The notes beneath the pieces are model-generated. The model did not search any database, was not told the origin of the DNA, and saw only the letters and a list, made by a program, of their open reading frames with translations. A stretch of DNA of 64,000 bases from Phycisphaerae bacterium (GTDB lineage Bacteria; Planctomycetota; Phycisphaerae; UBA1845), in the NCBI GenBank assembly GCA_963666835.2, contig CAXXGO010000001.1, positions 1,280,001 to 1,344,000 on the forward strand, given 5' to 3'. The position numbers were made by a program, and so were the translations under genes. Positions 31,301 to 40,193 of this stretch are shown here, one piece after another. Every line of letters starts with the position of its first letter. Within the stretch, counting starts at the first letter, position 1.

Positions 31301-32144
31301 CGGATCTTCCCTCTTCACCGAGCTCCTTTTTCCCCCCGCCACAACAACCCAGGCGCATCAGTTCTTCCAGGTGATAGCCCATGTTCTTGTCGACCGCGCA
31401 TTCGTCGAGGAGATCAAGGTACTGTTGTACCAACCGCTTGCCTCTCCGCAGAAGGAAGGCGATTTGCCCGACCTGCATACCTTTCTTTGCCAACTGCGCA
31501 CAACGGGTGAATGTCGAGACGTAGTTCGCTACAGCCGCCGGTGAATGGCGAAGCATGGTGCAGATCTGTGAGGTCGTCTTTCCCTCCAGAGCCAAACGCA
31601 CGATTTGGCTGCGATGAGTCAACACGGGACCAAGATCGTGTACGATTCCTCGCAGAGGAATAAGCACCCCGGGATACGCACTCCGGAGAGCGTTCAAATC
31701 GCGCGTAATGGTTCGTGGCGTAACAAAGAACATCCGGTAGGCCAGATCTTCGCGCGTGAGCAGCCCACCTTGACTCAGGGCTTCTTGGCAAAGCGGTGGG
31801 ATGCGGGCTTGTCGAAAGCCGACCGGCCCCTCCTCCTCCAGAAGTCGATCATCCTCTGCACCTCGGTGGATTGTCAGGCACACGTTCTGCTTCTGGCATT
31901 CGCAGACGGGTTTCCCGGCAGGCTCGTCGGCGTCGACGACGACCAAGCCAATCTTGCCAGGTGGGGCCTTGCCGGCGTGTTCATCGAGGTACGGGAAGTA
32001 AACTTCCTTGACCACATCGAGAACCGCCTCGGCCTCGAATGGCGAACAATGGAGTCCGTGCTTGATTTCGTGCAAAAACTTGGCATCCAGTGTCTTCGAG
32101 TCAAGACGCTCAAGCCTCTCCTTCTTCTTGTTCCGCAGCCCCAT
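31293..32144 (-). CDS. DUF1670-like protein A
   Basis: EPAGKP, EALSQGGLLTREDL, RTITRDL, PLRGIVHDLG, HSPAAVANY. Confidence 0.8.
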   Translation of the reverse strand: MGLRNKKKERLERLDSKTLDAKFLHEIKHGLHCSPFEAEAVLDVVKEVYFPYLDEHAGKAPPGKIGLVVVDADEPAGKPVCECQKQNVCLTIHRGAEDDRLLEEEGPVGFRQARIPPLCQEALSQGGLLTREDLAYRMFFVTPRTITRDLNALRSAYPGVLIPLRGIVHDLGPVLTHRSQIVRLALEGKTTSQICTMLRHSPAAVANYVSTFTRCAQLAKKGMQVGQIAFLLRRGKRLVQQYLDLLDECAVDKNMGYHLEELMRLGCCGGGKKELGEEGRSDG

Positions 32145-32211
32145 GCGTAGTCCTCCCAAGTCCCGAAGTCCGTTACCAAGGTACCCGGGTGGACATATGT
32201 CAGGAAGGTAG

Positions 32212-32535
32212 GCGTTACGTCCCGCAGCCCAGGGTTGCCGCGGAGCGGCCACCCTGGAGTGACGGTCACATCAAAGACCAACCCTGACGGGGTTGCGACA
32301 CTGTTCAACCCACTTCGAGGTTGGTCTGGGAAGGGGCTTTGTGACTCAGGGTGGCACTGCGTGGCTGCGCCGCTTCGTTTACCCTGGGCCTTGTTGTGAA
32401 ACACCTTTGGCGTATGTTCGGAAAAGGTGAACCGTCCCGAAGGGACGTGGGCATGCAGCCACGGGTGGAACGCAGCGGAACCCGTGGGCGAGGTTTGTCT
32501 CCCAAGGCCGCCCGTCCCGGCGGGCCGGCGGACTG
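32212..32535. repeat. REP cluster including an unoccupied target-type REP
   Basis: 32283-32423 matches the joined flanks of element copy 2; 32440-32533 recurs at 37578-37669. Confidence 0.85.
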
Positions 32536-32725
32536 ATGATGCCCTTCGGCGTCGAATGTAGCCGAGAATTCTCGATGTTGCACCGGAGGCGGGATTCACC
32601 TAATCGGGTGACAACACGTTATTCCCCGGAGCTTCGTAGAGCTCGGGGAATGAGACGTTCCACAATGGCGCCCGCCGCGTGACGACCTGGATTCAACCTT
32701 CCAAGAATATTCTCGAAGAAAAGGC

Positions 32726-32760
32726 TTGACTGCAATGTTAGGGGGGGGGGGGGGTACCAT
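32726..32760 (+). promoter_or_regulatory. possible sigma70 promoter with a G14 tract in the spacer
   Basis: TTGACT-gcaatgtta-G14-TACCAT in an AT-richer patch. Confidence 0.35.
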
Positions 32761-32819
32761 ACAAGAGTTCAAAGGTCGTCGGTAAAAGACAAAACAGATT
32801 CTGTGGTTCGATAGAGCGC

Positions 32820-33245
32820 GGTCGAGCCGCGTGGTGCGTCGCTTCAGTGGTTGGGTGCCGCATCGCTTTGGCGGTGGGAGACCCGACAGCACCTTGAGCG
32901 CCCGGCCGCGATCAGTACGGCGAGCGTGAGCGACCCGCCCGATGTGATGGTAGCGCAGGGCCGGCTCCCTGACGGTTGCGGTACTGACATGCGGGGCCAC
33001 GTCTTGCCGGGTCGCCCGGCGCTTCAGCGGCCGGAGACACGAACTGACACGGAGGCGGCACTGGCAAGCAACTCGACAGTGGATTGAGTGGCCTGCCGCG
33101 GTCAGTACGGTGAGCATAAGCGATCCGCTCTGGGCGCGTGGTGCGTCGGGCCGGCTCCCTGACGGTCGCGGTACTGAATGGTGCCTGCGGGCGCTGTGAC
33201 GGTTGTAGTCTCGTAGGGCACGGTCGAGGCACGAGACCTGCCGGA
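32820..33245. repeat. REP-like mosaic
   Basis: GGGCCGGCTCCCTGACGGTYGCGGTACTGA twice (about 32958 and 33148); GCCGCGRTCAGTACGG twice; REP at 33213. Confidence 0.75.
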
Positions 33246-33380
33246 AGAGCGGTTTGCGCAGGCCTGAGCCCCGAAAGCACCGGTCAAGCGCTCGGCGTGC
33301 GCGCAAAATCGGCAAGGATGTAACACCTGTCCACGTGGACAAGGTAGATCGTTTTTCATATCTTGGATAGGAGAAGTCAC

Positions 33381-34439
33381 ATGGTAGCGACTGAGACGAA
33401 GATCGTGGCCGCATGTTGCAGTGTTTTGATGATGCTCCCGTCATGGGCATGGGCGCAGCTCTACGCCCCACCGGACGCGACGGTTGACCTTCCGGTGCAG
33501 GTCGTACAGAGCGCCCAGAATCGCACGCCCGAGGAGATACGAGCGTGGGCGTTTACGGACGAGTATGTTCTGCAGTACCTAGTCAGCAACGCGTATTCGA
33601 TCGGCACGTTCGAGGCGATGTGGCCCGCAGGTGATCCGGACATTCACGCGATGATCGTTGAGCCGCCGGACTACCCGGGACAGATTGTGTTGATCGACTC
33701 GACGGTGGACCCCGAGGAGGCGGAGGAACTACCGGTGGTAGATACTGGCACGTTCACCGAGTTTGCCCGCTACGCAGCTGACAATGTCGCCGTGGGTGTC
33801 AGCTTCGTAGCAGGGACTTTTAGCCGGTCGGGCAGTGAACTGGTTGTTGTGGGACTCGAATTGGCGGTGGTCGTCGAGGACGCGGACCTACCGGAGCCCA
33901 TTGTAGTGAGGACGTTTCGGTCATTGGATGTCATTCCTGATGAAGACTTGGCGCACGCGACGGCTTATCGCTACGCTGTACTGAGCGCGAACCACTCGTC
34001 GGGGAGCGGTGGAAAGGACGCACTCGTTCAACGCACGCACCCCGCTATGATGGCTGAGCCGGAAGGCAACAACACGCCGGCACGCGACAACTGCGGGTGT
34101 TTCATGACGCTTCGGCACAGTCTCCAGGAAGCGCAGGATGAACGAAACAGGGATATCGCCAGTCTTCTGGGCACATATACGGGCTTAATCATAGGGGCCG
34201 TTGCTGCTTGCTTGGCGTTCCATTTCTTCGCAGCCACATGCGTTGGGCTCACTGTCGGCTCGCTTTTGACTGTGGCCTCGATCGAGTTTGAGATGATAGA
34301 CACTGCGTATGTGCACACATGCGATAGGCATCGGGATCTTTACGACGCGTGTTGCGACAGGACGGGTTGTGTTTGCCCAGGGTTGCCATGTTTTGGACAG
34401 GGCGATAGAATCCCGGAGGGCGCACTGATTGCAGACTGA
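33381..34439 (+). CDS. secreted protein with Cys-rich hydrophobic C-terminus
   Basis: AGGAGA RBS, signal peptide AWA-Q, C-terminal hydrophobic hairpin bracketed by Cys. Confidence 0.75.
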   Translation: MVATETKIVAACCSVLMMLPSWAWAQLYAPPDATVDLPVQVVQSAQNRTPEEIRAWAFTDEYVLQYLVSNAYSIGTFEAMWPAGDPDIHAMIVEPPDYPGQIVLIDSTVDPEEAEELPVVDTGTFTEFARYAADNVAVGVSFVAGTFSRSGSELVVVGLELAVVVEDADLPEPIVVRTFRSLDVIPDEDLAHATAYRYAVLSANHSSGSGGKDALVQRTHPAMMAEPEGNNTPARDNCGCFMTLRHSLQEAQDERNRDIASLLGTYTGLIIGAVAACLAFHFFAATCVGLTVGSLLTVASIEFEMIDTAYVHTCDRHRDLYDACCDRTGCVCPGLPCFGQGDRIPEGALIAD

Positions 34440-34440
34440 T

Positions 34441-35385
34441 ATGTCAACATCGAAGGGTCCGAGTACTCGCCGCAGGCGGTCGCGGATCGCGACGTTTTTC
34501 GTTAACGTGGTCACTCAGGGCGCCGGGCTGCCTTGGGCGGTCCTCAGAATGCACGTGCTTCGCGATTACTTGGGGATAGTGTGTTTGTTTGTTCTTGGAT
34601 TCGGAAGCTTGGTCTTTGCGGCAAGCTCGGCATGGCCGAGAGGGTCTGCGGCTCTCTATCTGGGAACGGTCGTTTATGGGGGATTCGCTGCGTTGGGATT
34701 GCGCCGCTCCTGCATTGAGGTTCAGCTGAAGCGAGAGGTCGCAAGCATGGGAAACGCTGCTTGCCTTGAGTGCGGGCGTCGGCTTATTGAGAGAAACGGC
34801 CAATGTCCGGCGTGCGGATGGGAATACGAAGATGTCGGCGAAGTAACCAAGTTCTGGGCTGAATGGGAGCCGTGTGCTGGTCTGTTGTACAGGATATCCG
34901 GGGGGCGCAGAGCGGATTGCATGCAGCCCGGCCGAGTGAAACCGGCTCTTTTGACCAGGCTCCGCATGCGTTTCGAGGTGCTCTTCATTGTTTGCGGTGT
35001 GATGATTGGGGGCGTTGTTTTGGTGTACGGTCGCTGTCTGCAAGGCGCAGCGTCGTTATCGGCGTTGTTGTGGCCTTACCTTGTCGCCGTGTTCGCCTTG
35101 GTTGTCGTGCTTAGTCTCGGTTGCCGGTTCGCAGAACGGCGCCTCAAACGTGACGTGGTCGGTAAGGACAACGCAGCCTGCTTCGAGTGCGGGTACTGGC
35201 TCACCGAGCCGACCGGCCGTTGCCCGGAGTGTGGTTGGGCGTACGAGAGTCTTGAAGATGTTGTGCGGTTTTGGAGCGAATGGCAGCCGTTCCGGCGCTT
35301 TCCGCGGCTACGGAAGCAGAAGGCGGTGGAGGCCGAAGGTTCGGGTGATCCTGGCTCTTCGAAGGAGGTGTCAGCGCCCGAGTGA
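34441..35385 (+). CDS. membrane protein with two (2TM + zinc ribbon) modules
   Basis: CLECG..CPACGW and CFECGY..CPECGW. Confidence 0.75.
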   Translation: MSTSKGPSTRRRRSRIATFFVNVVTQGAGLPWAVLRMHVLRDYLGIVCLFVLGFGSLVFAASSAWPRGSAALYLGTVVYGGFAALGLRRSCIEVQLKREVASMGNAACLECGRRLIERNGQCPACGWEYEDVGEVTKFWAEWEPCAGLLYRISGGRRADCMQPGRVKPALLTRLRMRFEVLFIVCGVMIGGVVLVYGRCLQGAASLSALLWPYLVAVFALVVVLSLGCRFAERRLKRDVVGKDNAACFECGYWLTEPTGRCPECGWAYESLEDVVRFWSEWQPFRRFPRLRKQKAVEAEGSGDPGSSKEVSAPE

Positions 35386-35626
35386 CACGAGCCGGACATA
35401 TTGGGTGCCCGCGGGGCGCCCCGTTTCTCACATGGCATGGGGCGGGGCGCCCGCGCGGTTGCACCGGGTTTCGTTCTCTGAACCAGCGGTACGACGCGTA
35501 AGGGGTGGACCGGCCCTTCCTCACAGGCTGCCTCAGGTTATCGGATCTGGAATTGCAGCGCAGCTCGCAGAAAATCGTAGCCGGATATTGGGCATGCTGC
35601 AATATCTACAAATGTTGTGATGAGCC

Positions 35627-36619
35627 ATGTTGGTGATGAGCCACTGTGAGATGCTTCCTGGCATTGTCGTCAGAATAGGTCGCCGTTTCGGGCTCTTGGG
35701 GTTGGCCTCGATGGCCGCGCCGTTCCTCGTTGTCTTCTGGGCGGGCTGGTACGTTGATTTTTCTGTGGGAGGGGCAACGCGTCCATTTGGGCTCTTTGTG
35801 GGCTGTGCCATTGTTTGTGTCATCGCATTCGCCGCTATGGTGTCAGTGTGGCAAATGCGGGTCGAGACGCGGCTACATTGCGACGTGGCGAGCAAGGGCT
35901 TTGCCGTGTGCTTTGAGTGCGGGCATCGGCTCGCCGGGAGCGGCGGGCATTGTCCCAAATGTGACTGGGAGTATGACGATATCGAGCAGGTTGTCAGTTG
36001 CTGGGCAAACTGGAAGCCGTCCGAGTATCTGTTTCGCAGGACGAGCGTAGAGGGTACGGACGCGCCGGTTGCCGTTGCGGGGGCGCGAAGCGCCGATGGG
36101 TCGATTATCGACTGCAACGGACCCGGTGTAGTAACGAGCGGTCGCGTGCTGCAGAAACTCGGTAGCCCGCTGATTCTGAACAGGATTCTGAACCGCCACG
36201 ACGCGCTCGGCCTGATAGCGTTTCTCTCAGTCGTCGGCGTCTATATGGTGCATGTCTGGAACGTGCCGGGCTCAGGTACGCCTTCATTAAGCAGGATGTT
36301 CGGTTATATTGCGGCCGGATTGGGCACCACCGTTCTATGCAAGGTGTTTCGCTTGTTCGCGGAGCAGCGGCTGAAACGCGATGTGGCCGGTAAGAACAAC
36401 GCTGCGTGCTTCGGATGCGGCTACTGGCTCACGGAGCCGAGTGGGCGGTGTCCGGAGTGTGGTTGGGCGTACGAGAGTCTTGAAGAGGTCAGAGGGTCCT
36501 GGACGGAGTGGCAACCGTGTTGGTACTTTCTCAGCCGAAGGAACAGGAGGCGGCAAGGCGCCGGCGATACGCTGGACCAAGACGGCGCGGATTCGGCGGC
36601 AACGGCCGATCAGCGCTGA
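35627..36619 (+). CDS. paralogous membrane protein with two (2TM + zinc ribbon) modules
   Basis: CFECGH..CPKCDW and CFGCGY..CPECGW; start uncertain. Confidence 0.72.
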   Translation: MLVMSHCEMLPGIVVRIGRRFGLLGLASMAAPFLVVFWAGWYVDFSVGGATRPFGLFVGCAIVCVIAFAAMVSVWQMRVETRLHCDVASKGFAVCFECGHRLAGSGGHCPKCDWEYDDIEQVVSCWANWKPSEYLFRRTSVEGTDAPVAVAGARSADGSIIDCNGPGVVTSGRVLQKLGSPLILNRILNRHDALGLIAFLSVVGVYMVHVWNVPGSGTPSLSRMFGYIAAGLGTTVLCKVFRLFAEQRLKRDVAGKNNAACFGCGYWLTEPSGRCPECGWAYESLEEVRGSWTEWQPCWYFLSRRNRRRQGAGDTLDQDGADSAATADQR

Positions 36620-36622
36620 CCG

Positions 36623-37315
36623 GTGCAGGCTACCGGCCGACAGCTTGTAACGGGACTATGCGTCGTGGACTCTACTGGTCATGCCGAATCACAGCTTCTT
36701 GCGGATGAATTGGTGTGCGCGGAGTGCGGATACGACCTGCGCGGGCTTCCCGGCGATCCGGTGCAGTGTTCGGAATGTGGCAGGACATGCCCGATCCGGG
36801 AACTGCGCGTGAACGCCGCCGAGATTCAGAAGGAGCTACGCAGGCTGGAGACCTTGCCGACAGCCTGCGTGGCCTCCTTTCTGGTGATGATCTTGGCGCT
36901 CGGTTGGGCTTGGTGGACGGGACGATCGGCATTCGGCGTACCGGTGGTTGTCGCTCTTGCGGGGTATTGGCTGCTGTTGGTACACAGATTCGCGGCGGTT
37001 ATTGAATGGGAGGTCGGATGGATACGGGTGTTGCTCTTGTTCCATATTACCGGGTTGGTTGGCGCGGTCTTGCTTGGGACGATCTGGTTCGCCGGTGTTA
37101 TACTGTTGATCCACTGCACCGGCGGGCCGTCATTCTGTGACGCGGCGATTCACCTGATTGTCATGGCCATGGCTGTTTCGGTCGCGGGACTGTTCACGGT
37201 GGTTCGACTGCTGAACCGAAGAGCTCGGATCGCGCAAAGGAAGCTGCAACACCGTCTGGCCATCCGACTCGCCCAGCTCAACCGAGGGGCCAATCGTCCT
37301 TTGATTAACATTTGA
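36623..37315 (+). CDS. zinc-ribbon multi-TM protein
   Basis: CAECGYDLRGL..CSECG, then about 4 TM helices. Confidence 0.7.
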   Translation: MQATGRQLVTGLCVVDSTGHAESQLLADELVCAECGYDLRGLPGDPVQCSECGRTCPIRELRVNAAEIQKELRRLETLPTACVASFLVMILALGWAWWTGRSAFGVPVVVALAGYWLLLVHRFAAVIEWEVGWIRVLLLFHITGLVGAVLLGTIWFAGVILLIHCTGGPSFCDAAIHLIVMAMAVSVAGLFTVVRLLNRRARIAQRKLQHRLAIRLAQLNRGANRPLINI

Positions 37316-37379
37316 TGCGGCTAAAGTCAGTCCTGCAGCGTTTGGTCTCCTGCCTCGGCTGTGCCGCACAAAGCTGTCA

Positions 37380-37920
37380 ACAGGGTGGCATGGGCCAACT
37401 TGTTGGCTTGTGGGATCGCGCCACGCGTTCCCGGGGGTGAACCGCGGTCGCAACTTGGCGACAGGTCTTGTGCCTCGATCGTGCCCGACACCCGTGGACG
37501 CTGCGCTACAAAGGGGCCGTCGTAATCAGTACGGCAAGCGCGAGCGACTCGCCCTTGGTCGATATGCAGTCCCTTTAGGGACGTGGGCATGTAGCCACGG
37601 GTGGAGCGTAGCGGAACCCGTGGGCGAGGTTTGCCTCCCAAGCCCGCCCGTCCCGAAGGGCTGGCGGACGGTTACCGCGAATCACGCGAAGATCTGGCGG
37701 AATAGCGAAGTGTCGGCAATACGGCACTATCGACCCAGGGGCAAGCTGAAAGCGTCCATGCCGAAGCGCGTAATCTGGCGGTGTGCGGCGGAATGGCTTG
37801 CGCGCGAGCTACGCTATGCCCATGCCACGCGCCATGGCAGGTCTCGTTCCTCGACCGTGCCCTACGAGGGACCGACGCAAGCTCCGAACGGGTGGCCCGT
37901 GGCTTTAGCCGTGGGGGACG
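37380..37920. repeat. REP-like mosaic
   Basis: Modules shared with about 32440, 29021, 39124 and 45170. Confidence 0.7.
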
Positions 37921-37948
37921 CCCTCCGAGGGACTGAGGGGAGCCCGGG

Positions 37949-38896
37949 TCATCCGAAGCTGGCTGCTATTATGACGATGTAGATGCCGATGAATGGCGGG
38001 ACGACGAAGATCAGAGCTGCGAGCGTGAGCCAGAGCAGGGGCACGGACACGGCAATCAACGTCGCCCGCCTCCTGACGCGCGGCATAGCTCTTTGGGCAG
38101 TTCGCACGAGGTTCACCCACCAGGTGAACGCCACCATCCCGGCTGACAGGATGATCATCAGCCACCGGAGTTCCCAGATCTCCGCGCATGTCCAACGCCA
38201 GGATGTTCCATAGTATGGTTTGTACAACAGAACGGTGGTCGACAGCATCATGAGGACCAGGATTGCGAATGCCGCCAGCGGGCCGCAAGCGTAGTAGCTC
38301 AGCGTGCTTGCGGCGTTCTGCCGGGCAAGTGGCACGTTCCGGGGCCGGAAAAAGTCGCTGGGCACCCCGGTGGCGGCGATCAGAAAGAACAGCATGAGAG
38401 CCAGCCCAATCGCCAGCGGCCAGCCGGCTGTACAGGCATAGTCCCACAACAACGGCGGTATGGGGCCGCGATGGATCAGCTCGCGAAGCGGATCTCCCAC
38501 GACCTTCGGAGCCCGGGCGATGGCGGAGGTAACCACGACCGCCGTCACCGGCACGAAGACGTGCGCAATCGTGACCCATCGGAAGCTCTGAGCGTCTGCG
38601 CGGCTGACCGGGCGAATGCACTCCTCGCTGAAGCGCTGGTTCCGGAATGTCACCATCCAGACCGTGCGCCAGTAGCTCTTGAGGAGCCCGCGCTCTCGGC
38701 GGTGGACCCAAGGTATCCCCGACTCTGTCGACCGTAGGTTTTCCAGGGAGTGGCCGCACTCGGGGCAGCGGTTGCTGACGACCCCGCGCAGGTCATAGGT
38801 GCATTCCGAGCAGTAGACTCCAGGCTCAATTGCCGGCAGAGCGTTGGGTTGCTCATTGTCCGGTGCGTCGTTAGCGATAACAGATTCGTCTGCCAT
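37949..38896 (-). CDS. zinc-ribbon multi-TM protein
   Basis: CSECTYDLRG..CPECG, IPW, about 5 TM helices. Confidence 0.75.
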   Translation of the reverse strand: MADESVIANDAPDNEQPNALPAIEPGVYCSECTYDLRGVVSNRCPECGHSLENLRSTESGIPWVHRRERGLLKSYWRTVWMVTFRNQRFSEECIRPVSRADAQSFRWVTIAHVFVPVTAVVVTSAIARAPKVVGDPLRELIHRGPIPPLLWDYACTAGWPLAIGLALMLFFLIAATGVPSDFFRPRNVPLARQNAASTLSYYACGPLAAFAILVLMMLSTTVLLYKPYYGTSWRWTCAEIWELRWLMIILSAGMVAFTWWVNLVRTAQRAMPRVRRRATLIAVSVPLLWLTLAALIFVVPPFIGIYIVIIAASFG

Positions 38897-39034
38897 GCCG
38901 GGGGTGTCCTGTCATGCACGGATTCTGCGGTTCGTGGAGCGAACCGCACCCCATCCGAAGAACCGACCACCCTCATCATGGCAGGCTCCGGGGGTAAGGT
39001 CAAGATACGCCGTGCTGGTCGGCATGGCCGATGC

Positions 39035-39274
39035 GAGGTTGCGGCAGGTCTCGTGCCTCGACCATGCCCTACGTAGCTGCACTGCTCAAGAGTAGTGGCA
39101 CACCCGAGAACCCAGGTGTGGACGGGTGGCCCATGGCTTTAGCCGTGGGGGACCTGACGGGGTTGCGACGCTGTTCGACCCACTTCGGGGTTGGTCTGGG
39201 AAGGGGCTTTGTGACCCAGGGTGGCACTGCGCGGCTGCGCCGCTTCGTTTACCCTGGGCTTTGTTGTGAAACGC
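39035..39274. repeat. REP mosaic ending in the occupied target REP
   Basis: 39153-39274 near-identical to 32283-32404. Confidence 0.85.
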
Positions 39275-39341
39275 CTACCTTCCTGACATATGTCCACCCG
39301 GGTACCTTGGTAACGGACTTCGGGACTTGGGAGGACTACGC

Positions 39342-40193
39342 ATGGGGCTGCGGAACAAGAAGAAGGAGAGGCTTGAGCGTCTTGACTCGAAGACACTGGA
39401 TGCCAAGTTTTTGCACGAAATCAAGCACGGACTCCATTGTTCGCCATTCGAGGCCGAGGCGGTTCTCGATGTGGTCAAGGAAGTTTACTTCCCGTACCTC
39501 GATGAACACGCCGGCAAGGCCCCACCTGGCAAGATTGGCTTGGTCGTCGTCGACGCCGACGAGCCTGCCGGGAAACCCGTCTGCGAATGCCAGAAGCAGA
39601 ACGTGTGCCTGACAATCCACCGAGGTGCAGAGGATGATCGACTTCTGGAGGAGGAGGGGCCGGTCGGCTTTCGACAAGCCCGCATCCCACCGCTTTGCCA
39701 AGAAGCCCTGAGTCAAGGTGGGCTGCTCACGCGCGAAGATCTGGCCTACCGGATGTTCTTTGTTACGCCACGAACCATTACGCGCGATTTGAACGCTCTC
39801 CGGAGTGCGTATCCCGGGGTGCTTATTCCTCTGCGAGGAATCGTACACGATCTTGGTCCCGTGTTGACTCATCGCAGCCAAATCGTGCGTTTGGCTCTGG
39901 AGGGAAAGACGACCTCACAGATCTGCACCATGCTTCGCCATTCACCGGCGGCTGTAGCGAACTACGTCTCGACATTCACCCGTTGTGCGCAGTTGGCAAA
40001 GAAAGGTATGCAGGTCGGGCAAATCGCCTTCCTTCTGCGGAGAGGCAAGCGGTTGGTACAACAGTACCTTGATCTCCTCGACGAATGCGCGGTCGACAAG
40101 AACATGGGCTATCACCTGGAAGAACTGATGCGCCTGGGTTGTTGTGGCGGGGGGAAAAAGGAGCTCGGTGAAGAGGGAAGATCCGATGGGTAA
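39342..40193 (+). CDS. DUF1670-like protein A
   Basis: GGAGGA RBS; identical translation to 31293-32144. Confidence 0.8.
   Translation: MGLRNKKKERLERLDSKTLDAKFLHEIKHGLHCSPFEAEAVLDVVKEVYFPYLDEHAGKAPPGKIGLVVVDADEPAGKPVCECQKQNVCLTIHRGAEDDRLLEEEGPVGFRQARIPPLCQEALSQGGLLTREDLAYRMFFVTPRTITRDLNALRSAYPGVLIPLRGIVHDLGPVLTHRSQIVRLALEGKTTSQICTMLRHSPAAVANYVSTFTRCAQLAKKGMQVGQIAFLLRRGKRLVQQYLDLLDECAVDKNMGYHLEELMRLGCCGGGKKELGEEGRSDG

Larger units (their letters stand above)
30297..32211 (-). mobile_element. DUF1670-pair insertion element, copy 1 (both CT cores included)
   Basis: Reverse complement of 39275-41189; IRs at 30303-30317 and 32188-32202; AG cores at 30297-98 and 32210-11. Confidence 0.9.

Noticed and set aside
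34441..36619. Diversity-generating retroelement TR/VR pair
   Set aside because: Differences are mostly at synonymous positions and not adenine-specific, and no reverse transcriptase is present.
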